Below are positions 10,040 to 17,937 of a stretch of DNA of 64,000 nt, in pieces. Position 1 is the first letter of the stretch; each line of letters begins with the position of its first letter. The stretch is from Dehalococcoidia bacterium (GTDB lineage Bacteria > Chloroflexota > Dehalococcoidia > Lucifugimonadales > JAGWBF01). The translations under genes and the position numbers were made by a program. The notes beneath the pieces were generated by a model. The model had not been told where the DNA came from. It did not search any database and was given only the letters and a program-made list of their open reading frames with translations. Where the stretch lies: NCBI GenBank assembly GCA_034421095.1, contig DAOUKR010000009.1, forward strand, positions 12,694 to 76,693, in the 5' to 3' direction.

Positions 10040-11031
10040 CCCAACCTGACCTCCAGCGAGAGGCAGAGCGCGCAAGGTATACCCTTCGATCCTCATTCTT
10101 CTATAGGATACATTTTCAGTGGACGACGCTACTGGCATTAGCTGAACAGCAGGTGGGTTCCTCCAGCTTGGAGTGGAGTCAATTACAAGAGCTAGGGGTT
10201 TCTGACACCGCTTGGGACCAGGTTCAGGACAAGGGTATAGACCCTACTCTCGTGTTCTGCCATCCCGAAGTAGTCAGAAACGCGCCTCCTCTCATAGCAT
10301 ATTACCGGTGTTTGGCACTTCTGCCACAGAAGGGTCTCCAGCGATTAGCTGCCTCTTCAACGAAGAACCTAGAAGAAGGCTCAAGCTCCAATTTAAGCCG
10401 ACCGAAAGCGCAACGAATAGCTCATGTTTTGAATAGCCTCATTTGTTTACTTGTGGAATCTGACTCCAATTGGACGCTTGAGAACGCCCGAGTTGCCGCT
10501 CTACTTAACTTTGGCACCCAGATAAACGGTTCCTGGCGCAATGAAATTGGGAGCGAAGGGGGCAGGCGAGTAAAGGCATTGTTGGTGGGCAGTTCAGCGG
10601 AGTCAGAACTAGTCAAGAACATCATCAGACTGGACAACTCTATAGTAACTCCCTCGGATGAAGTTCCTTCCATTGAGGACATTCGAGGACTCATCACCGT
10701 CACTGATTACGCTATTACTTTCAGCAGTGAACCTGACGTGTCTATCCGTAACAGTCAGGGTACGCTGGTCGCTACCATTGAAGTCAAATATGGCCTTGAC
10801 CCGGCTGGGGCCCTCGAACGCTATGGGGCGGCAAAGAAGTCCTTTGAGGAAGCTGTTCGGGAGAACAGTCGTGTTATGAACGTTTACCTGCCAAGCATGA
10901 TTACACCCGAGGTGCGGCGTCGTATAGACGATGACAGGCTCGTCAACCAAGACTTCAACCTTACTGAGGTCCTGGGGAATAGTGAAAGACGGCGGGAATT
11001 CATCGGATACGTCAGGCGTTTGATTACCTGA
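10036..11031 (+). CDS. Putative type II restriction endonuclease (PD-(D/E)xK)
   Basis: The ATG at 10036 overlaps the methyltransferase TGA (ATGA) and follows GGAG. It carries the candidate catalytic motif EPD-x14-EVK (SSEPDVSIRNSQGTLVATIEVKYG). Specificity is unknown. Confidence 0.55.
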   Translation: MTQPDLQREAERARYTLRSSFFYRIHFQWTTLLALAEQQVGSSSLEWSQLQELGVSDTAWDQVQDKGIDPTLVFCHPEVVRNAPPLIAYYRCLALLPQKGLQRLAASSTKNLEEGSSSNLSRPKAQRIAHVLNSLICLLVESDSNWTLENARVAALLNFGTQINGSWRNEIGSEGGRRVKALLVGSSAESELVKNIIRLDNSIVTPSDEVPSIEDIRGLITVTDYAITFSSEPDVSIRNSQGTLVATIEVKYGLDPAGALERYGAAKKSFEEAVRENSRVMNVYLPSMITPEVRRRIDDDRLVNQDFNLTEVLGNSERRREFIGYVRRLIT

Positions 11032-11168
11032 TATCCTCAAAAAAACATGGTTGAAGCCCCCTATGTAGACCCCCATTCCCTTATTGTGATACACTTCACA
11101 AAAGCCCTTTGGGGTGCAAGGCCGGCATTGAGAAAGTATCATAAGCAGGTCGAGGAGGGCAGGAACGT

Positions 11169-12155
11169 ATGAGTAAAGGGGCCGAGTTTAGAAAGCTGCT
11201 TTCGGAGGAGCCTTACGTCTACACCAGCGGCGTCTACTCGCCCATGGAGGCGAGAATCGCCGAGGAGGTGGGCCTCAAATGCGTCTACATGAGCGGCTAC
11301 TCCTGCGCTCTGGGATATCTGGGCCGGGCTGATTTGGGATTCCCCACCATGACGGAGATGACTACCTGGGCCAAGTACATTACCCGGGCCGTCAACATCC
11401 CGGTCATAGCAGATGCCGACGACGGCTATGGCAACGCGCTCATCACCACGCGGACCATCGAGGAGTATGAGCGGACGGGCGTGGCGGCCATTCACCTTGA
11501 AGACCAACGCCTCCCCAAGCGCTGCGGCCACCTGGCGGGAAAGTATTGCCTGCCCATGGAGGAGTCGGTGCTGAAGCTCAAGGCCGCTCTCAACGCCAGG
11601 TCCGACCCCGATTTCTTCATAATCGCCCGAACGGATGCGGTGAGCGCCGTCGGGGGTGGCATGGAAGAGGCCATTGAGCGAGGCAAGCGCTACGCAGACG
11701 CCGGCGCTGACATGGTCTGGCCGGAGTTTCCCACCCCTGACCGCAAGTATGCAGAGCTATATGCCGAGGCTATGGACAAAGACTTCCCCGGCCTGCCCCT
11801 GGGCTTTAACTACTCTTCCTCCTTCAAATGGACCGAGGCCGAGGACCCTGTCACGTTCAAGGAGTTGGGCCGGATGGGTTACAAGTACATATTCATCAGC
11901 ATGGGCGCGCTCCACGCAGCTATGTACGCGGAGTGGAATTTCCTGAAGGACCTCAGCGAAAATCAGGAGAAGGCCCAACTGAGGTTGCAAGCGCTCAAGG
12001 ACGGCCACCCCACGGAGAACCATCACGTGATGGGCAGGTTCGACCACTTTCAGAAACTGGAAGAAGAGTACCTGCCCCAGGAGATGGTGCAGGAGCGCTA
12101 CAGCGCCACCCAGGGCTTCGGTGCCCGTGATTTCCACGCCAGGGATGTCCTGTAA
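11169..12155 (+). CDS. Isocitrate lyase/PEP mutase family enzyme, probably a compact isocitrate lyase
   Basis: The family signature KRCGHLAGK and DADDGYG are present. Position directly upstream of malate synthase suggests a glyoxylate shunt. At 328 aa it is shorter than classical AceA, so methylisocitrate lyase cannot be excluded. Confidence 0.65.
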   Translation: MSKGAEFRKLLSEEPYVYTSGVYSPMEARIAEEVGLKCVYMSGYSCALGYLGRADLGFPTMTEMTTWAKYITRAVNIPVIADADDGYGNALITTRTIEEYERTGVAAIHLEDQRLPKRCGHLAGKYCLPMEESVLKLKAALNARSDPDFFIIARTDAVSAVGGGMEEAIERGKRYADAGADMVWPEFPTPDRKYAELYAEAMDKDFPGLPLGFNYSSSFKWTEAEDPVTFKELGRMGYKYIFISMGALHAAMYAEWNFLKDLSENQEKAQLRLQALKDGHPTENHHVMGRFDHFQKLEEEYLPQEMVQERYSATQGFGARDFHARDVL

Positions 12156-12210
12156 CGGCATCCCCAAGACTTGACTGGATACCCCTGACAATAACAATCC
12201 CTGAGGAGGT

Positions 12211-13926
12211 ATGCCTATGGCAACCGTATCCGAGAGAGTGAAGTACGCGCCGGTGGAAAACGCCGACGAACTTTTTACCCCCGAGTTCATCGAGTACCTG
12301 ACGCTTCTGCACGACAGGTTCACCCCCAAGGTACATGCTCTGCGCGCCAAAAGGGCCGAAGTGTTGGAGAAGGTCCTCCATCGGGGAGTATCCTTCGACC
12401 ACCCCCCGGTATCGGAGATAAATACCGGGGACTGGAAGGTCCCTCCGGTCCCCGAAGATTTGAGAAGGCCCGGTATCGAAATATCGGGGCCGTGCTCAAT
12501 CACCGGGATGTTTATCAACGCCCTTAATCCCGGTCCCGAGGGGGAGAGAGCAGAGGGAGACCTGGACGATGACGAGGACTCGGGTGGACACCGGTTCATA
12601 GACACGGTGCAGGCAGCGCAGAACCGCCTGAAGGCTGTCGAGCGTACCCTGGTCTTCCACAACCCGGAGAGGCAAAGGGAGTACCGCATTGATGAAGGTG
12701 AGATTCCCTTCTTCATGCACAGGGAGCGTGGACTTCACCTCGACGAGCCCGAGGTGACCGTGGACGGGACTCCCATACCTGCTGCCATTCTTGGTACAGC
12801 GCTGACCTTCTTCTATGCGGGTAAGGCACAGATTGACCGGGGCCAGGGAGTCTACTTCTACCTTCCCAAGGTGGAATCTGCCGAAGAGGTAGCTTTCTAC
12901 AGGGAACTTTTCGACGCAAGCATGGAGCACCTGGGGTTCCCTGAAAGCGCCGTCGTAAGGGCTATTCCCCTGGTCGAGGCCCTCCCCGCAATCTATGAGA
13001 TGGAGGAGATGCTGTACGCCCTGGGCCCCTACGCGGCCGGCCTCAACGCTGCCCGATGGGACCTCAAGGCGAGCATTCTCGAATACATCATGACGGACTC
13101 CAACTCGGTATGGCCCGACCGGTTCGGAGTTGACATCAAAACGACCGAATTCCTGGCGAACATCTTCAGGCGTCTGGTGGCTATCTGTCTCAAGAGAGGT
13201 GCGGTCCCCATCGGAGGTATGGCAACGGCGCTGCCCAGCCGGGATGATGAGGTCAACAGGGTGGCAGGCGAGTCCATACGGGCCGACAAGGAATGGGAGG
13301 CAGCGCAGGGATTTATAAGGGGATGGGTCGCACATATCTTCCACATGAAAACGGCGGCGGACCCATTCAAGGAACTGATAGCGTCCGGGTGGGAGCCGTC
13401 CCCCGAGATGTACAATCCCGATCATTATCCCGTTGAAGTCAAGGTCCCCGAAGGCCCTATCACCATAGAGGGAACGCGCCGGAACGCGCGAATGTTGATT
13501 GAGTACGTGGAGGGTTGGCTGAACGGGAGAGGGGCCAAGGGCATTGACAGCCTTGCAGGCAAACCGGGCATCCATCCCGCCCTGATGGAAGACCTGGCAA
13601 CGGGCCGTATATCCGTGGCGCAAGTGGCCCAGAGAATTCGGCATCAGGCGAAGGACGTGAACACAGGTCAGGCCCACAGTTTCGGGCTAGTGAAGCAGTT
13701 GCTTCGCGAAGAGGTTGATGACATCCTTGCCCAGTTGAAGGCGACGGTCGCGGAAGGGGATGAGCGAAGCCAGGCGGCCTATGCTCAGGCCGAGGAGCGT
13801 TACCAGAAATCGGTGAGAATCGCCATGCGATGGATTAAGAATTATACCGTGTTGGACTTCAGGAGCCTGGGGTCGTACACGAGGGCGGACCTTGATGCCA
13901 TCGCCGGGGCGGAGGACGCCTTTTAA
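12211..13926 (+). CDS. aceB: Malate synthase (A-type)
   Basis: 571 aa with segments characteristic of malate synthase A: FYLPKVESAEE, GLNAARWDL, PIGGMATALP. Confidence 0.75.
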   Translation: MPMATVSERVKYAPVENADELFTPEFIEYLTLLHDRFTPKVHALRAKRAEVLEKVLHRGVSFDHPPVSEINTGDWKVPPVPEDLRRPGIEISGPCSITGMFINALNPGPEGERAEGDLDDDEDSGGHRFIDTVQAAQNRLKAVERTLVFHNPERQREYRIDEGEIPFFMHRERGLHLDEPEVTVDGTPIPAAILGTALTFFYAGKAQIDRGQGVYFYLPKVESAEEVAFYRELFDASMEHLGFPESAVVRAIPLVEALPAIYEMEEMLYALGPYAAGLNAARWDLKASILEYIMTDSNSVWPDRFGVDIKTTEFLANIFRRLVAICLKRGAVPIGGMATALPSRDDEVNRVAGESIRADKEWEAAQGFIRGWVAHIFHMKTAADPFKELIASGWEPSPEMYNPDHYPVEVKVPEGPITIEGTRRNARMLIEYVEGWLNGRGAKGIDSLAGKPGIHPALMEDLATGRISVAQVAQRIRHQAKDVNTGQAHSFGLVKQLLREEVDDILAQLKATVAEGDERSQAAYAQAEERYQKSVRIAMRWIKNYTVLDFRSLGSYTRADLDAIAGAEDAF

Positions 13927-14017
13927 CGGCTGTCCCCTGATGATGCTTGAATTGGCATCTCCATTGGCATAAAATGGGATGCGACCCACGTACACTTATC
14001 TTACGAGGTGACACCAA

Positions 14018-14260
14018 TTGACTCAGGAGAGGACCGCCACCATTACCATATACACCCACCCGGAGTGTTCTTATTCCACAGCAGCTAAGGATGACTTCGT
14101 AAAGCAGGGTGTGGACTTCCATGAGATAGACGTGAGCCTCCACCCCGAGGCCGTTCCAGACCTGGAGCAGCTTACGGGAGGCGAGCGGATCACTCCCGTG
14201 ATAGTCGAGGGAGATACCGTGACGGTAGGTTATCACGGAGTAGGTTGAGCCTTCGAATAG
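14018..14260 (+). CDS. Glutaredoxin-like protein, probable selenoprotein with Sec (TGA 14246-14248) four codons before TAG
   Basis: TTG start. It has a Grx fold with a single active-site Cys (HPECSYS). The track ORF ends ...GYHGVG-TGA. Read-through gives U-A-F-E-TAG, and a SECIS-like hairpin starts 13 nt after the TGA. Confidence 0.55.
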
Positions 14261-14261
14261 G

Positions 14262-14280
14262 GGGGAGCGGTCTGCTCCCC
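14262..14280 (+). promoter_or_regulatory. Candidate bacterial SECIS hairpin (alternatively a terminator stem)
   Basis: GGGGAGC-GGTCT-GCTCCCC forms a 7-bp GC stem with a GGUCU loop. No T-tract follows it. The loop resembles the GGUC apical loop of the E. coli fdhF SECIS. Confidence 0.5.
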
Positions 14281-14380
14281 TGAAGGGTCTCAACTTCGTT
14301 GACAGCAGCTTCACAGAAGCTTAGAATCGAGATATGACCTAGCCTGGCTTACGAGCCCGGCTGCTTTCAGGCACATTCAA

Positions 14381-14457
14381 GGACCCGTAGTGTAGAGGCC
14401 TAACACACTGCCCTGTCAAGGCAGAGATCGCCAGTTCGAATCTGGTCGGGTCCGCCA
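14381..14457 (+). tRNA. tRNA-Asp (anticodon GTC), CCA encoded
   Basis: GGACCCGTAGTGTAGAGGCCTAACACACTGCCCTGTCAAGGCAGAGATCGCCAGTTCGAATCTGGTCGGGTCCGCCA. The anticodon loop is CTGTCAA. Confidence 0.9.
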
Positions 14458-14533
14458 CAGATACAAGGCATACCCATCTGCCCTCAGTATACCTCTTCCC
14501 CACAGCCCACCGAGCCGGTCCATAATCTGCGTG

Positions 14534-15622
14534 TTACTCCTGGCCCTCGGTGTTAAGGTACTCCATGCGGCCGGCCACGTAGCTCCAATCGAGATAACCT
14601 GTCTCGAAGTCCCTGTACCCCGAGGAGGGGTCGTACTGGCTCCTGCTGTGCAAGACCCTGAAATTCTGAATTAGTAAACAATCGCCGCTTTCCATGCGGA
14701 AGCGGTATTGGTATGCCGGGTCGTTCAGGTACTGGGAGAAGAGGCTGTAAGCCCGATAGTACCCGGCTACCTCGTCGAAGGGGAGTTGCCAGTCAATGTT
14801 CTTGGGGGAGTAGTAGACGGCTTCGACTTCCCCGGGGCCGTCCAGGACCAGGATGGAAGTGGTGTGCTTGAAAAGGTATCCGGTCTGCCTGTCATACTGA
14901 CGAAATCGTATCGGCGTGCGGGCCAACACCTGGAACTCATCGGGGTGGTGCAAGCGAAAGTCCCTTGCCACTCGAAATCCGTCCACTAGGATGCTTTCGC
15001 CGCCAGACGTGGTGTTCCCGTGGGCGTAGAGGAACTGCAACAGCCGCTCCCCGTACCTGTAGGAGCCGTCGGTGTGGGGCAGCAGGCTATCGCCGGCGTC
15101 GGAAAAGGCCAGGTCCTTGGCCGCCGGCGTTGGCTTGACCCTGGATGAGTCCCCATATTCCGTTGTGTGAACAGGGCCAATGGCGCCGAACCAGTGATGC
15201 AAGTCTTCCGGAGCAAGGCGGCGTATAATGGCAAAGCCCAGAGTCGTGAGTTGACGAGTCCATGACTCGAAGGAAATGGAGGAAGCATCCAAGTGTTCCG
15301 GCGGGTGCGCCTCAAGCCATGGATGGTCCCACATCGTGAGTGCGCTTTGATGCTCCCTCCTGGGCACCGGGTCGTAAGAGTGGCTCAGGAGCCATCCGAT
15401 TGGGAAAACGCTTTCGTGGGGTGGGGCTTCCTTCCAGAGAATGCGAAGCTCTTCTGCCCCTTCCTCAACGGAGATTGGCTCCGGGGGAATAGGGCTGAGA
15501 CTTACGTCGTAGATTTTTTGAGACGAATTTGGATGATAACACGCAGGGCATAAACAATGGTCACGCAGCCACGTGTAATGAAAGCGCTTGCCATGCACAG
15601 TCACATAACCTTCGTTCATCAT
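14534..15622 (-). CDS. Gamma-butyrobetaine hydroxylase-like Fe(II)/2-oxoglutarate dioxygenase (TauD/TfdA superfamily)
   Basis: The N-terminal zinc-knuckle domain (RDHCLCPACYH, DUF971-like) is followed by a TauD-like core with an HxD facial-triad element (LLPHTDGSY). Confidence 0.7.
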   Translation of the reverse strand: MMNEGYVTVHGKRFHYTWLRDHCLCPACYHPNSSQKIYDVSLSPIPPEPISVEEGAEELRILWKEAPPHESVFPIGWLLSHSYDPVPRREHQSALTMWDHPWLEAHPPEHLDASSISFESWTRQLTTLGFAIIRRLAPEDLHHWFGAIGPVHTTEYGDSSRVKPTPAAKDLAFSDAGDSLLPHTDGSYRYGERLLQFLYAHGNTTSGGESILVDGFRVARDFRLHHPDEFQVLARTPIRFRQYDRQTGYLFKHTTSILVLDGPGEVEAVYYSPKNIDWQLPFDEVAGYYRAYSLFSQYLNDPAYQYRFRMESGDCLLIQNFRVLHSRSQYDPSSGYRDFETGYLDWSYVAGRMEYLNTEGQE

Positions 15623-15718
15623 GTACGGCTTTCTCCGGCGTCTAACAAATTTTGCCCAATTCTAACCTTCCGGGCCTGAAATTACCATGCCCGGGTTTCA
15701 ACCGACTTACATGTCACT

Positions 15719-16540
15719 TTAGTCCTCCGTCAACCTCTTCGCCTCCTGCCACATCTCCTCTTTTTCATCCAATGAAAGCTGCGGGAAATCCAGGCCACGC
15801 TCCACGGCGAGATTTTCCATGGCGGTGTAGCGGCGCCGGAACCGGGCATTGCCTTGCCGCAAGGCATCTTCGGCGTGGATGCCGAGCCACCTTGCCAGGT
15901 TGACGATAGTAAAGAGCAAGTCTCCCATCTCTTTGGCCCTCTCCTCGTCTCCTGGTGCACTTTTTAGCTCGTTGACCTCCTCCACAACTTTGTCCAACAC
16001 CCCCGATATGTCGTCCCACTCGAAGCCCCTCTTCGCCACGCGGTCCTGCATCAGTTGGGCATAGGTCAGAGCAGGCAGGTCCTTTGGTATGCCATCTACC
16101 GGTGATTTCCTTCCCCTCTCCGCCTCCTTCAGCCTCTCCCAGTTGCGCTCCACCTCGCGGGCGTCGGCGACGACAGCGTCGCCAAAAACGTGGGGATGGC
16201 GACGTATAAGCTTCCGGTTAACGGCGGTTATCGTATCCTCCACACGGAACTCCCCCGCTTCGCGGGCTATTTGGGTATGGAAAACGACCTGTACCAGGAT
16301 GTCCCCGAGCTCCTCGGATAGCTTGGCGGAGTCGCCGGAGTCTATTGCCTCAAGCACCTCATAGCACTCCTCCAGGAGGTTGCGCTTCAGGGATGCGTGG
16401 GTTTGCTCCCTGTCCCAGGGACATCCGCCCGGCGACCTGAGACGTTCAATAATGTTGACCAGGGCCTCGAAGGTGTCCAGGCTGCCTTCAGAGTAACTGG
16501 CAGGACCGTCATCGTAACGACGGTCGGGACCGTTCTTCAT
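15719..16540 (-). CDS. mazG: Nucleoside triphosphate pyrophosphohydrolase MazG
   Basis: Tandem MazG domains. Motifs: CPWDREQTHASLKRNLLEECYEVLEAI, HPHVFGD, EEVNELKSA. Confidence 0.85.
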   Translation of the reverse strand: MKNGPDRRYDDGPASYSEGSLDTFEALVNIIERLRSPGGCPWDREQTHASLKRNLLEECYEVLEAIDSGDSAKLSEELGDILVQVVFHTQIAREAGEFRVEDTITAVNRKLIRRHPHVFGDAVVADAREVERNWERLKEAERGRKSPVDGIPKDLPALTYAQLMQDRVAKRGFEWDDISGVLDKVVEEVNELKSAPGDEERAKEMGDLLFTIVNLARWLGIHAEDALRQGNARFRRRYTAMENLAVERGLDFPQLSLDEKEEMWQEAKRLTED

Positions 16541-16648
16541 CTGATAATACCCCGGATGCGTAATCTCGACGTGCAGCCGAATTATATAGACGGAGGCTGA
16601 TGAATAGCAAGGCTGCCGGGAGCAAGGAAAATGTGTTAACGTATAGTC

Positions 16649-17425
16649 ATGCTTGAAAGCAAAGGCGGAACGATTGCCACCCGGATATTGGTTGTCCTAT
16701 TCGTGATAGCAGTCCCACTCTTTCTGGTTACCAACAGTGTGACCTGGGCCGTGAATGAGCAGCGACTTTACCACTACGGGTTCGACAAATACGATATATC
16801 AAAGATGACAGGGATAGAGGATGAAGGGCTTGTAGCCGCGGCGCGAGAAATCAGGGCCTATTTCAATTCCACCTCTGAGCCGATTGACATCAGGGCCGAG
16901 ATTTACGGGGAAGAGAGAGCGCTTTTCAACCAGCGTGAAGTCTTGCACATGCGAGACGTCAAGCACCTGATATGGGGGGTCTACGTGGTAGACCTGGTGA
17001 CTGCCGTGTACATACTGGGGTTTGTCGGCGTGGGGTTCTTCATCTATCGCCGCCCTTTTACGGCCAAACTCATGGGGTATCTCGTGTGGGGAGGCAGCCT
17101 CACCCTGGCTTTTGTTGTAGCAGTTGGACTGGCTGCGCTAGTGGGTTTTGACTCCCTGTTCCTTCTCTTTCACCAGTTGAGTTTCTCCAACGACTTCTGG
17201 AAACTGGACCCCAGCAGGGACTACCTGGTAATGATGTTTCCCCAGGGGTTCTGGTTCGATGCAACCCTCTTTGTGGCCCTCGTGACGGTAGGGCAAGCCG
17301 CGGTGCTTAGCGGGATAGCGGGGAGCTACCTGGCGTTGCAACGACGGCATCTACGGCGGAAGCCATCTTCCACCAGCCAGGATGTCCTACCAATGCAACC
17401 CCCTTCCGAAGCGGCGGAGGTCTAA
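16649..17425 (+). CDS. TIGR01906/DUF1461-family integral membrane protein
   Basis: 258 aa. It has an N-terminal TM segment, an extracytoplasmic domain and a C-terminal cluster of TM helices with FHQLSFSNDFW. The family call is from memory of that motif. Confidence 0.5.
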   Translation: MLESKGGTIATRILVVLFVIAVPLFLVTNSVTWAVNEQRLYHYGFDKYDISKMTGIEDEGLVAAAREIRAYFNSTSEPIDIRAEIYGEERALFNQREVLHMRDVKHLIWGVYVVDLVTAVYILGFVGVGFFIYRRPFTAKLMGYLVWGGSLTLAFVVAVGLAALVGFDSLFLLFHQLSFSNDFWKLDPSRDYLVMMFPQGFWFDATLFVALVTVGQAAVLSGIAGSYLALQRRHLRRKPSSTSQDVLPMQPPSEAAEV

Positions 17426-17646
17426 TCCATAGAGCAGGCGCAACCGCCGGCGCAGGAATGGCACCCTCCCATGCCGGCCAGAGACCCCAGCTCGCCGCCG
17501 TCACCCGTGGTGACAGCCGAGAAGAGAGATATGGCCCGCCGGGAAGGCTGTCCACATCTGGGGCAGTCAGCCCCCGATGAGTCCATGGACTGGAGCTTGT
17601 CAAACTTGTTTTCGCAGGTGGAGCAAAGGTACTCGTAGATAGGCAT
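17422..17646 (-). CDS. FmdB-family zinc-ribbon protein
   Basis: The N-terminus is MPIYEYLCSTCENKFD, followed by CPRCG, with a Cys/Gly-rich tail. Confidence 0.8.
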   Translation of the reverse strand: MPIYEYLCSTCENKFDKLQSMDSSGADCPRCGQPSRRAISLFSAVTTGDGGELGSLAGMGGCHSCAGGCACSMD

Positions 17647-17743
17647 AGCTTCCCCTCACGGTTCACTGTATTTCTACCATGAAATCTATCCCATGCCGAG
17701 AACGTAGTCAAGATACGGATGGCCCACAGGGTCTTCCATTTCT

Positions 17744-17833
17744 CCCTCTCCCGCTGGGAGAGGGTTGGGGTGAGGGTGAAGGGTGCCGTAACAGCTCCCC
17801 CTCATCCCGACCTTCTCCCGCCAGGGGAGAAGG
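17744..17833. repeat. GC-rich palindromic (REP-like) element with two perfect hairpins
   Basis: Hairpin 1 is CCCTCTCCC-gct-GGGAGAGGG (17744-17764). Hairpin 2 is CCTTCTCC-cgccag-GGAGAAGG (17811-17833). The shared CCCCTCATCCC core recurs at 28191. The element generates the spurious ORF 17679..17873 (PLPLGEGWGEGEG). Confidence 0.7.
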
Positions 17834-17937
17834 GACTTTGGAAAAGCTCTGTCAAATCAAGGGCGTTGGTTGACAGTACCTGACGGCGCTGCTAGCATTT
17901 TTCAAGACGAATGAAGTGGCTAACAACGAGGGAAGGG

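Noticed and set aside
12496-13677. 393-aa antisense ORF inside malate synthase, and the 319-aa antisense ORF at 11757..12716
   Set aside because: No recognisable motifs and skewed composition. The sense-strand genes have strong family signatures.
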